In this document: piece after piece, positions 28,770 to 36,438 of the stretch
How the letters are laid out: every line of letters begins with the position of its first letter
How positions within the stretch are numbered: position 1 is the first letter of the stretch
From: Anaerolineae bacterium
GTDB taxonomy: Bacteria > Chloroflexota > Anaerolineae > J102
DNA length: 64,000 bases
Assembly: GCA_026991225.1 (NCBI GenBank)
Contig: JALXCB010000046.1
Location: 5,147 to 69,146 of the forward strand
Direction of reading: 5' to 3'
Made by a program: the position numbers and the translations under genes
Notes under the pieces: generated by a model
Told to the model about the DNA's origin: nothing
The model's input: only the letters and a program-made list of their open reading frames with translations
The model's database searches: none

Positions 28770-29119
28770 TCGAAAATCTCCAGTTTGGCGCCCTGCTGAT
28801 GGTCGTGGGCATGACCATGGTGTTCATCATTCTGGCCATGCTTTGGGGGCTCATCGCCCTGTTCCAGCAGATCGACCGTCGCATGTTCGCCCGGGAGGAG
28901 GCCCGGAGGGCCCCCAAAACCGAGGAGCCGTCCCCCGAGCTGCTGGCGGCCATCGTCGTGGCCGTGCACCGCTATCGTCTGGAGGCCGCTCAGCCCGAGA
29001 GGGCGGGCCCGCGCGTGCCCAAACGCCTGAAGCCCTCCCAGGCGCGTTGGGTGGCCGTAGGACGGGCGTATCAGCTGCGGCAAAACCTCCCGCCGCGAGG
29101 GACAAGTGGCAGGAAGTGA
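28766..29119 (+). CDS. OadG-like small membrane subunit of Na+-translocating decarboxylase
   Basis: ATGA overlap with the upstream gene. MIENLQFGALLMVVGMTMVFIILAMLWGLIALF... single TM helix typical of OadG/MmdD. Confidence 0.6.
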   Translation: MIENLQFGALLMVVGMTMVFIILAMLWGLIALFQQIDRRMFAREEARRAPKTEEPSPELLAAIVVAVHRYRLEAAQPERAGPRVPKRLKPSQARWVAVGRAYQLRQNLPPRGTSGRK

Positions 29120-29171
29120 TCCATGATCTGTCCAACCGCGAATGCTTCCTCATCGAGATGGATGAAAATGG

Positions 29172-29262
29172 CAACCGGTAGACCGGAAAACCAGTAGACC
29201 GGGAAACCATGCGTAGACCGGCTATGCCAGGTCTACTGGTCTCCTGGTTTCCTGGGTTATCA
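29172..29262. repeat. Family B copy B3 (inside the decarboxylase operon gap)
   Basis: CCGGTAGACCGGAAAACCAGTAGACCGGGAAACC...GGTCTACTGGTCTCCTGGTTTCCTGGG. Confidence 0.75.
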
Positions 29263-29280
29263 AGAGCGTCTCCCTAAACT

Positions 29281-29335
29281 AAACGCATTTGGAAATCAGG
29301 TGTTTTCGGCCTCGGCCACCCGGAGCTGAAGCTCC
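29281..29335. repeat. Family F element, copy F1
   Basis: AAACGCATTTGGAAATCAGGTGTTTTCGGCCTCGGCCACCCGGAGCTGA. Confidence 0.65.
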
Positions 29336-29555
29336 GGGCTACGAAACGACGCCGGGTGAACCCGGCTTCCTGCGGCGAGCGACCTGCGCCATAGCCCCAT
29401 TGATGGGGCGTCGTTTTTAGCCCGCAGGTGAACCTGCGGGCGGCGGCGCGGCCAGAGAATCGCCTTTCACTGATGATCCAATGCGAACCAAAAGCCTTGG
29501 TTTCAATTTGCTTTCAGTTTAATTGCTGACTTTGACTCTTTCACCGTGAGCCCTT

Positions 29556-30050
29556 ATGAAAAGCTATACCATCACCATCGGCGACAAGACCCACATCATC
29601 GGCCTGCAAGAGCTGGACAATCCCGACCGCTTCCGCGTGCTGGCGGGCGGCCAGGTGTATGAGATCAAGGTTGTGGCCGTGGAGGAGAGCGACGCGGAGA
29701 TCCCCAGCATCGAGGTGATCCAGGCGGCGAAAGATCAGCCCGCGCTGGCCCACAAAGCGCCCGAACTCCTGCCCAAGGCCCCCTCCTCCAGGCCCCCCGA
29801 CCTGCCCGAACCGGAAGCTGCGGAGGAGCTCCCCGCCGAGGTGCGGGCGCCCATGCCCGGCGTCATCCTGGAGGTGAGCGTGACGCCCGGAACCCCGGTG
29901 CAGCGGGGCGATCAGCTCTTCGTGCTGGAAGCCATGAAGATGAAAAACCCCATTCGCTCCCCGCGGGATGGCGTGGTGGCGGAGGTGTTCGTACACGAGG
30001 GCCAGAATGTGAACTACGACGACCTGCTGCTGCGCTATCGGGAGGGCTGA
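29556..30050 (+). CDS. Biotin carboxyl carrier subunit (biotin/lipoyl attachment domain)
   Basis: 164 aa with a Pro/Ala linker and ...EAMKMKNPI... biotinyl-lysine motif. Confidence 0.8.
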   Translation: MKSYTITIGDKTHIIGLQELDNPDRFRVLAGGQVYEIKVVAVEESDAEIPSIEVIQAAKDQPALAHKAPELLPKAPSSRPPDLPEPEAAEELPAEVRAPMPGVILEVSVTPGTPVQRGDQLFVLEAMKMKNPIRSPRDGVVAEVFVHEGQNVNYDDLLLRYREG

Positions 30051-30051
30051 G

Positions 30052-31167
30052 ATGAACATCCTGGCGACCATCTTCGGAGGATTGCTCAGCATGACCTGGG
30101 GCCAGGCATTGATGATCGGGGTGGGGCTGCTGCTCATCTATCTGGCCATCGTCAAGGAATATGAACCGGTGCTGTTGCTGCCCATCGGCGCGGGCGCGGT
30201 GCTGGCCAACCTGCCCCTCTCGCCCGTGGTCGGCGAGGACGGCATCCTCAGCATCCTCTATCAGGCGGGCGTGGCCAACGAGCTCTTTCCCCTGCTCATC
30301 TTCGTGGGCATCGGGGCCATGACCGACTTCGGGCCGCTGCTGGAGCGGCCGCACATGCTGCTGTTGGGCGCGGCGGGCCAGTTCGGCATCTTCGGCACAC
30401 TGTTTCTGGCCCTGCTGCTCGGGTTCAATATCAATGAAGCCGCGTCCATCGGCATCATCGGCGCCATCGATGGGCCTACGTCCATCTATGTCAGCAATCT
30501 GCTGGCTCCTCACTTGCTGGGCCCCATCGCCGTGGTCGCTTACAGCTATATGTCCCTGGTGCCCATCATCCAGCCGCCCATCATGCGGGCGCTGATTAGC
30601 AAGAAGGAGCGGCGCATCCGCATGCCTTATAGCGAGAACCCGGTCAGCCGCCGCACCCGCATCCTCTTCCCCATCCTGGTAACCATCGTCGTGGGCATCC
30701 TCGTGCCCATGGCCATCCCCCTCATCGGCATGTTGATGCTGGGAAATCTGATGAAGGAGTCGGGCGTGGTACAGCGGCTGGTGGGCGCATCCGAGAACGA
30801 GATCGCCAATGTGGTCACCCTGTTTCTGGGGCTGGCCATTGGCGCCACCATGCAGGCGCAATACTTCCTGAAGCTGGACACCCTGCTCATCCTGGTGCTG
30901 GGCGTGTTCGCCTTCGGGCTGGACACTGCTGCGGGGTTGCTATTCGCCAAATTCCTGAACTGGGTCACCCGCGGCCCGCTGAATCCCCTCATCGGCGCGG
31001 CGGGCATCAGCGCCTTCCCCATGGCCGCGCGGGTGGTGCAGAAGGTGGCGCAGGAGGAGGACTTCGAGAATTTCCTGCTGATGCACGCGATGGGTGCCAA
31101 CACCGCGGGCCAGATCGCCAGCGTAGTGGCGGGCGGCGTGGTGCTGGCCTTGTTCGCCGGGCGATAG
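30052..31167 (+). CDS. Na+-transporting decarboxylase beta subunit (OadB/MmdB/GcdB family)
   Basis: 371 aa polytopic membrane protein, immediately after the biotin carrier gene. Confidence 0.85.
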   Translation: MNILATIFGGLLSMTWGQALMIGVGLLLIYLAIVKEYEPVLLLPIGAGAVLANLPLSPVVGEDGILSILYQAGVANELFPLLIFVGIGAMTDFGPLLERPHMLLLGAAGQFGIFGTLFLALLLGFNINEAASIGIIGAIDGPTSIYVSNLLAPHLLGPIAVVAYSYMSLVPIIQPPIMRALISKKERRIRMPYSENPVSRRTRILFPILVTIVVGILVPMAIPLIGMLMLGNLMKESGVVQRLVGASENEIANVVTLFLGLAIGATMQAQYFLKLDTLLILVLGVFAFGLDTAAGLLFAKFLNWVTRGPLNPLIGAAGISAFPMAARVVQKVAQEEDFENFLLMHAMGANTAGQIASVVAGGVVLALFAGR

Positions 31168-31184
31168 CGCAGGCTTTGAAAATC

Positions 31185-31329
31185 GATCTCACGCCAAGTC
31201 GCCAAGGCGCTAAGGCAGGTTTGCAAATATGCAGGTTTGTTTGCAGGTGGCAGGTCATACCGGGCGCACCTGCTACTTGCCACCTGCCACCTGATTTCCT
31301 TTGCGGCTCTTGCGTCTTTGCGTGAGATA
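31185..31329. repeat. Family G copy G2
   Basis: ATCTCACGCCAAGTCGCC...TTTGCAGGTGGCAGGTC...CACCTGCTACTTGCCACCTGCCACCTG...TTGCGTCTTTGCGTGAGAT. Confidence 0.75.
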
Positions 31330-31368
31330 TTCCGCCGTATCGGCGAGCCATCGCTCGCGCCGCCTGAA

Positions 31369-32916
31369 TCACCGATTGCGGCCGTAGCGCTCGTGGCTGG
31401 AGACCCAGTCGGTGGTGGAGATGGCCGCGGCCAGGGAGATCTCGCCCGCCAGCACGGTGGCGGCCACGATCTCGGCGAATTTCTTCACCTTGCCCTTGCC
31501 ATAGCATCCCAAAATCTCCAGGCATTCCCGCTGGGTGGGCAGGCCCGTGCCCCCGCCATAGGTGGCGACGATGAGGGAGGGGATGGTGATGGAGATGTAG
31601 AGGTCCTTTTCGGGCGTGAGTTCGGCGTAGAGGATGCCCGCGGAGCTCTCCGACACATTGGCCACGTCCTGGCCCGTGGCGATGAAGATGGCCGTGATGC
31701 CATTGGCCGAGTGCAGGCCGTTGTTGTTGGCCCCGGAGAGGATGGCGCCCACATTGGCCACGCCGTAGTGATAGGCCAGGCTTTCCGGCTCCACCCGCAT
31801 GTTCTGGATGAGCACGTCGCGGGGGATGGTGGCTTCGGCGATGACGCGCTTGCCGCGGGTGCGCATCACATTCACCTGCGAGGCCTTCTTGTCGGTGGCC
31901 AGATTCGATTCCAGATAGAAGCGGATGATATTGCCGGGATAATTGTCGATGATCCAGCTCGAAGCGGCGAAGGTGGCCCGCCCCACCATGTTCTGGCCGG
32001 CGGCGTCGCCCGTGGTGAAGTTGAAACGCAGATAGGCGAATTTGTTGGAGAGGTAGTAGTCGATGTAGATGAGTTTGGCCACGCTGGAGGTGGCCTCCGC
32101 TTCTTCTTTGACCTGATCAAAGTGCTCCTCCACCCACTTCACGAAGTCCCGGGCCTCGCGGGCGTTCTCGAAGACGAAGACAGGCGCGCGCTGCATGGCG
32201 TCGCCCACCACGGTGACCGTGGCCCCGCCTGACAGGTTCAGCACCTTCATGCCCCGATTGTAGGAGGCGACCAACGTGCCCTCGGTGGTGGCCAGAGGCA
32301 CATAAAACTCGCCTTGCGCGTATTCGCCATTCACCTGAATGGGCCCGGCAAACCCGATAGGCACCTGGGCCACGCCCGTGAAGTTCTCGATATTCCCCTG
32401 GGTGACGTGGGGATCGAAGGAATAGTGGATGATGTGCTTCAGCTTGACGCCCGACTTCTGCTCGATGAACTTCTGCCGGGCCTTGATGATCTCATCCGAA
32501 TAGTTGTCGATGGGATCGCGGGGGATGCGCTCGATCCTGGCGTCCTCCTCGCTGATGGCGTCTTCCACCTTGACCTTGAGCCGACCATATTTCTCCGCCT
32601 CGAATTCGAGCTCGATCTTGTGCTTGCCGGGGTCCAGGGGCGGGATATCCATGACGACTTCGATGACCTGACGCAGGGGGAAGAAAAGTGGGCGGGCCAT
32701 GAGTTCGGCCGGGGTGAGCACCGTGCCCTGTTCGTCCTCCACCTCCAGGACGATTTTATCCAGAGGCACGGGCTTGCCGTCGATTTTGATGCCGTGCAGA
32801 GCAAGCAGGGTGACGTCGGTGAGGCGGTTTTTGACTTTGAAGGCCACGCCTTCGCCCGAATTGCGCAGGCTGCCGAAAGTGTAGAGCTGTTTGAGTACGA
32901 GACTGGGAATACGCAT
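31369..32916 (-). CDS. Hydroxymethylglutaryl-CoA reductase (class I-like) with an extra N-terminal domain of about 125 aa
   Basis: Start at MRIPSLVLKQ... (ATG 32914-32916). ...VPLATTEGTLVASYNRG..., ...DAAGQNMV..., ...GTVGG... catalytic motifs. The N-terminal 125 aa are unrelated to HMGR. Confidence 0.8.
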   Translation of the reverse strand: MRIPSLVLKQLYTFGSLRNSGEGVAFKVKNRLTDVTLLALHGIKIDGKPVPLDKIVLEVEDEQGTVLTPAELMARPLFFPLRQVIEVVMDIPPLDPGKHKIELEFEAEKYGRLKVKVEDAISEEDARIERIPRDPIDNYSDEIIKARQKFIEQKSGVKLKHIIHYSFDPHVTQGNIENFTGVAQVPIGFAGPIQVNGEYAQGEFYVPLATTEGTLVASYNRGMKVLNLSGGATVTVVGDAMQRAPVFVFENAREARDFVKWVEEHFDQVKEEAEATSSVAKLIYIDYYLSNKFAYLRFNFTTGDAAGQNMVGRATFAASSWIIDNYPGNIIRFYLESNLATDKKASQVNVMRTRGKRVIAEATIPRDVLIQNMRVEPESLAYHYGVANVGAILSGANNNGLHSANGITAIFIATGQDVANVSESSAGILYAELTPEKDLYISITIPSLIVATYGGGTGLPTQRECLEILGCYGKGKVKKFAEIVAATVLAGEISLAAAISTTDWVSSHERYGRNR

Positions 32917-32954
32917 GGAAAAACTCCTTGGGGTTGGGTGGAGCGAATTGAGGA

Positions 32955-33062
32955 GAACCTGGTAGACCTGTAGGCCGGTAGCCCGCAAACCAGGAAACCA
33001 AGCGAAGACCCCTCAGATTACCGATCTACCGGTTTCCTGGTTCAACGGCTTCCTGGGTTATC
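32955..33062. repeat. Family B copy B4 (abuts the tsaC stop codon)
   Basis: CCTGGTAGACCTGTAGGCCGGTAGCCCGCAAACCAGGAAACC...CTACCGGTTTCCTGGTTCAACGGCTTCCTGGG. Confidence 0.75.
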
Positions 33063-33675
33063 GAGTCATTTTCAAGGCCTCCGCAATCTGCGGCCAGGTA
33101 ATGGGGCCGGGGCGCAGGATTTTAAGCGGTTCCGAGGTCAGATCGAGGATGGTGGAGGGCTGGCCGCCCGGCGCGCGGCCGCCGTCGACGATAATCGCCA
33201 CCCGGCCTTCGAGCTGGTCCCGGGCCTCCTCTGCGGTGAGGGTTGGGGGCTGGCCCGACAGGTTGGCGCTGGTAACGGCCAAAGGGCGGTCCACCGCTCG
33301 CAGAAGCGCCAGGGCCAGGGGATGATCGGGGATGCGCAGGGCCACGGTGTCGCCGCCCGCGGCCACGATGGGGGACAGGGCCTCGGTTTTGGGCAGAATG
33401 ATGGTGAGGGGCCCGGGCCAGAACGCCTCGGCCAGAGCCCAAAAACCGGGCAGGGGCCGGGCCACGTCCGTCGCCCGATCCGGCTCCGCCACCATGACGG
33501 GGATGGCCATGTGGCGAGGGCGGTTTTTGGCCGCGTAGATGCGGGTCACGGCCTCGGCGTTTTCGGCCAAAGCGGCCACGCCATAAACGGTGTCCGTGGG
33601 GAAGACGACGAGCTGGCCTCGCCGCAGCGCTTGCACGGCTTCGTCGAAGGCATCGGGCGGGATGACGCGAGTCAT
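33058..33675 (-). CDS. tsaC: L-threonylcarbamoyladenylate synthase (TsaC/YrdC/Sua5 family)
   Basis: 205 aa. ...VFPTDTVYGVAA... and ...TSANLSGQPP... YrdC motifs. Confidence 0.8.
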   Translation of the reverse strand: MTRVIPPDAFDEAVQALRRGQLVVFPTDTVYGVAALAENAEAVTRIYAAKNRPRHMAIPVMVAEPDRATDVARPLPGFWALAEAFWPGPLTIILPKTEALSPIVAAGGDTVALRIPDHPLALALLRAVDRPLAVTSANLSGQPPTLTAEEARDQLEGRVAIIVDGGRAPGGQPSTILDLTSEPLKILRPGPITWPQIAEALKMTR

Positions 33676-34077
33676 AAAACAGCGTTTTCAGTAATCAGTC
33701 GGGGCTTTACTGCAAAAAGGTTGCTAACAGCGAAGTACGCAGAGGACGCGGAGTTAAAAGATTGGACTCAGGGATGTTTTCTCTGCGAAACCTGATGATT
33801 TTCTCATGCGTTCTCAGCGCACTCTGCGGTGAAGTTGCTCTTTTCAGGAAAGCCGGTGAGCAGTATTCAGTGACGACCAGGCGATTGAGCGGCCACGCGA
33901 CTAATCCTAACATCTTGCACTGAAATCACAAAAACGCTTTTTCGACACCGTGTAATCTCTTCCCCAAATCTGGCCTGGCTTTCCCAAACGATCCCGGCCG
34001 AATTGTCCAAAAGCCGCGATACAGGCGATAATAACACTGAAAATGCAACCATATCACCCCGCTCTGAGAGGCAAATC

Positions 34078-34962
34078 ATGTCAACCTATCAACCCGGCAT
34101 TCTGGAACCCATCCCCAGTTTAGCCCGCTATCTCACTTTCGCCCTCAACCCCAACGAGCATCCTGCAGAAGCCCTGCAGCGTCTGGCCCAGGTCGCCGAC
34201 GGCGAGGAGATCGTCGTGGGCGTCGGCCTCTCCACCGTGCAGAAGCTGGGCGCGCACATCGAGGGACTGCGCCCGTTCCCCGTCATCGTGAACGCGGGCA
34301 TTGACATCCCGGCCACGCCCGCGGGTCTGTGGCTTTGGATTCGAGGCGAGGATCGCGGCGTCATCGTGCAGCATAGCCGTCATCTCGCCAAACTCCTGAC
34401 GCCCGCCTTCACCCTGACGCAAGTGGTGGACGCGTTCCGCTACGGCCCGGCCCGGGACCTGACCGGCTATGAGGACGGCACCGAAAATCCCACCGGCGAC
34501 GACGCCCTGGCAGCCGCCTTTGTCCAGGGACAGGGCGCGGGTCTGGATGGCTCCAGCTTCGTCGCTGCGCAGCAGTGGCTGCACGACCTGGACTATTTCG
34601 AATCCCTGCCGCCCGAGGCCCAGGACAACGTGTTCGGCCGCCGCAAGGTGGACAACGAGGAGATGGAGGACGCGCCGCCCTCGGCCCATGTCAAGCGCAC
34701 CGCTCAGGAAGATTTCGAACCCGAGGCTTTTGTGCTGCGCCGCTCCATGCCCTGGGCCGACGCCCACCATGAGGGTTTTTTCTTCGTGGCGTTCGGGCAT
34801 TCCCTGTACGCGTTCGAGGCCCAACTCAAGCGCATGGCGGGCCTGGATGACGGCATCGTGGACGGCGTGTTCACCTACTCCCGGCCCCTCACAGGCGCTT
34901 ATTTCTGGTGCCCGCCCATCCGCGATGGCAAACTGGACCTGCGGGCGCTGGGCCTTTCCTGA
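34078..34962 (+). CDS. Dyp-type peroxidase family protein
   Basis: About 294 aa. MSTYQPGIL... and ...GYEDGTENPTGDD... match the DyP GxxDG motif. ...EGFFFVAFGHSLYAF... Confidence 0.7.
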   Translation: MSTYQPGILEPIPSLARYLTFALNPNEHPAEALQRLAQVADGEEIVVGVGLSTVQKLGAHIEGLRPFPVIVNAGIDIPATPAGLWLWIRGEDRGVIVQHSRHLAKLLTPAFTLTQVVDAFRYGPARDLTGYEDGTENPTGDDALAAAFVQGQGAGLDGSSFVAAQQWLHDLDYFESLPPEAQDNVFGRRKVDNEEMEDAPPSAHVKRTAQEDFEPEAFVLRRSMPWADAHHEGFFFVAFGHSLYAFEAQLKRMAGLDDGIVDGVFTYSRPLTGAYFWCPPIRDGKLDLRALGLS

Positions 34963-35062
34963 TCGAAAAAAGAACGCAGATGACGCAGATTTGAACGGAT
35001 TGATGTGGATAAAAATCCGTGATTGTCCGCGATGCGAAGCATCTGCGGCATCAGCGTTCCCC
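34963..35062. repeat. Family D copy D4
   Basis: AACGCAGATGACGCAGATTTGAACGGATTGATGTGGATAAAAATCCGTGATTGTCCGCGATGCGAAGCATCTGCGGCATC. Confidence 0.7.
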
Positions 35063-35088
35063 ATCATCCCAAAATGGAGGATGTCTCC

Positions 35089-36438
35089 ATGACTGATGAC
35101 TTGACTTCTCACCTGGAACGCCTTCATCGTCCCATGACCGACGCCATCAAGGAGATGGTGCGCATCCCCAGCTACCTGGTCGAAGGCGGGGATGGCTATC
35201 CCTTTGGCCGTGCGGTGCACGAGGCCCTGCAAAAGGCTGTGGATATCGCCGCGGGCCTGGGCTTCCGCGCGTGGTACGACGGCGCGGGCTATTACGCTTG
35301 GGCCGAGATCGGCGAGGGGGATGCGCTGATCGGCGTGGTGGGGCATGTGGACGTGGTGCCGCCCGGCAATCCCGAATCCTGGATCACGCCTCCCTTCCAG
35401 CCCGATGAGCGGGATGGCAGGCTGTATGGGCGAGGAACGCAGGATGACAAAGGCCCGATGATGGCGGCGCTGTTCGCGGTGAAGGCGCTGATGGATGCGG
35501 GCGTGACCTTCCCCAAGCGAGTGCGCTTCATCTTTGGCGGGGATGAGGAGAACCACTGGCGGGGCATCGACCGCTATCTGGCGCGGGAGGAAGTTCCGAG
35601 CATGGGCTTCACGCCCGACGCGGAATTCCCCCTCATCTTCGCGGAAAAGCACATCCTGCAAGTGGAGCTGATGGGTCCAAATGAGGCTGCCGCGCCCGAG
35701 ATGGACCTGGGCACGGCTTTCAATGCGGTGCCGGGCGAGGCCCTTTACACCGGCCCGCATCAGGACGCGCTGGCCGCGAAGCTGGACGAACTGGGCTTCG
35801 AATATGAGCGGGTGGACGCGGGCATCCGCGTGTTGGGCCAGGCCGCCCACGCCTCCCTGCCCGAAAAGGGCGTCAACGCCATCGCCCGCCTGGCCATCGC
35901 CCTGGACGCCATCGGCTGCCAGGCCAGGACCATCCGCTTTCTGGCCCAGACCGCGGGCATGGATTACCACGCGAAGGCCATCTTCGGGCGGGTGGAGGAC
36001 GAGGTCTCGGGCAAACTCACCTTCAACGTGGGCAAACTTATCATCACGCCCGAAGAGGAGCGCCTGGGTATCGACATGCGCATCCCCGTCACCGCGGACG
36101 TGGCTCAGGTAACAGCGAAGCTGCAGGAGGCAGCGAGCAAGTTCGGGCTGAGCTACCATGAGCGGGCCTCCATGCCCGCGCTTTACGTGCCCCTGGACCA
36201 TCCCTTGGTGAACACGCTGCTGGCGGTGTACCGCGAGGTGACGGGCGATGAGGACGCGCAGCCCATCGCTATCGGCGGGGGCACCTACGCCCGGGCCATG
36301 CCCAACTGCGTGGCCTACGGTCCCAACTTCCCCGGCCGCCCCGAGACCGCACATCAGGCGAACGAGTATGTCATCCTGGAAGACCTGTATCGGGCGATGG
36401 CGGTGTACGCGGAGGCGATTTATCGGTTGACGCGGTAA
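35089..36438 (+). CDS. M20-family dipeptidase (Sapep/PepV-like)
   Basis: GGAGG 8 nt before ATG (MTDDLTSH...). ...GVVGHVDVVPPG... and ...GTQDDKGPMMAAL... M20 metal-binding motifs. Alternative start at 35074. Confidence 0.7.
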   Translation: MTDDLTSHLERLHRPMTDAIKEMVRIPSYLVEGGDGYPFGRAVHEALQKAVDIAAGLGFRAWYDGAGYYAWAEIGEGDALIGVVGHVDVVPPGNPESWITPPFQPDERDGRLYGRGTQDDKGPMMAALFAVKALMDAGVTFPKRVRFIFGGDEENHWRGIDRYLAREEVPSMGFTPDAEFPLIFAEKHILQVELMGPNEAAAPEMDLGTAFNAVPGEALYTGPHQDALAAKLDELGFEYERVDAGIRVLGQAAHASLPEKGVNAIARLAIALDAIGCQARTIRFLAQTAGMDYHAKAIFGRVEDEVSGKLTFNVGKLIITPEEERLGIDMRIPVTADVAQVTAKLQEAASKFGLSYHERASMPALYVPLDHPLVNTLLAVYREVTGDEDAQPIAIGGGTYARAMPNCVAYGPNFPGRPETAHQANEYVILEDLYRAMAVYAEAIYRLTR

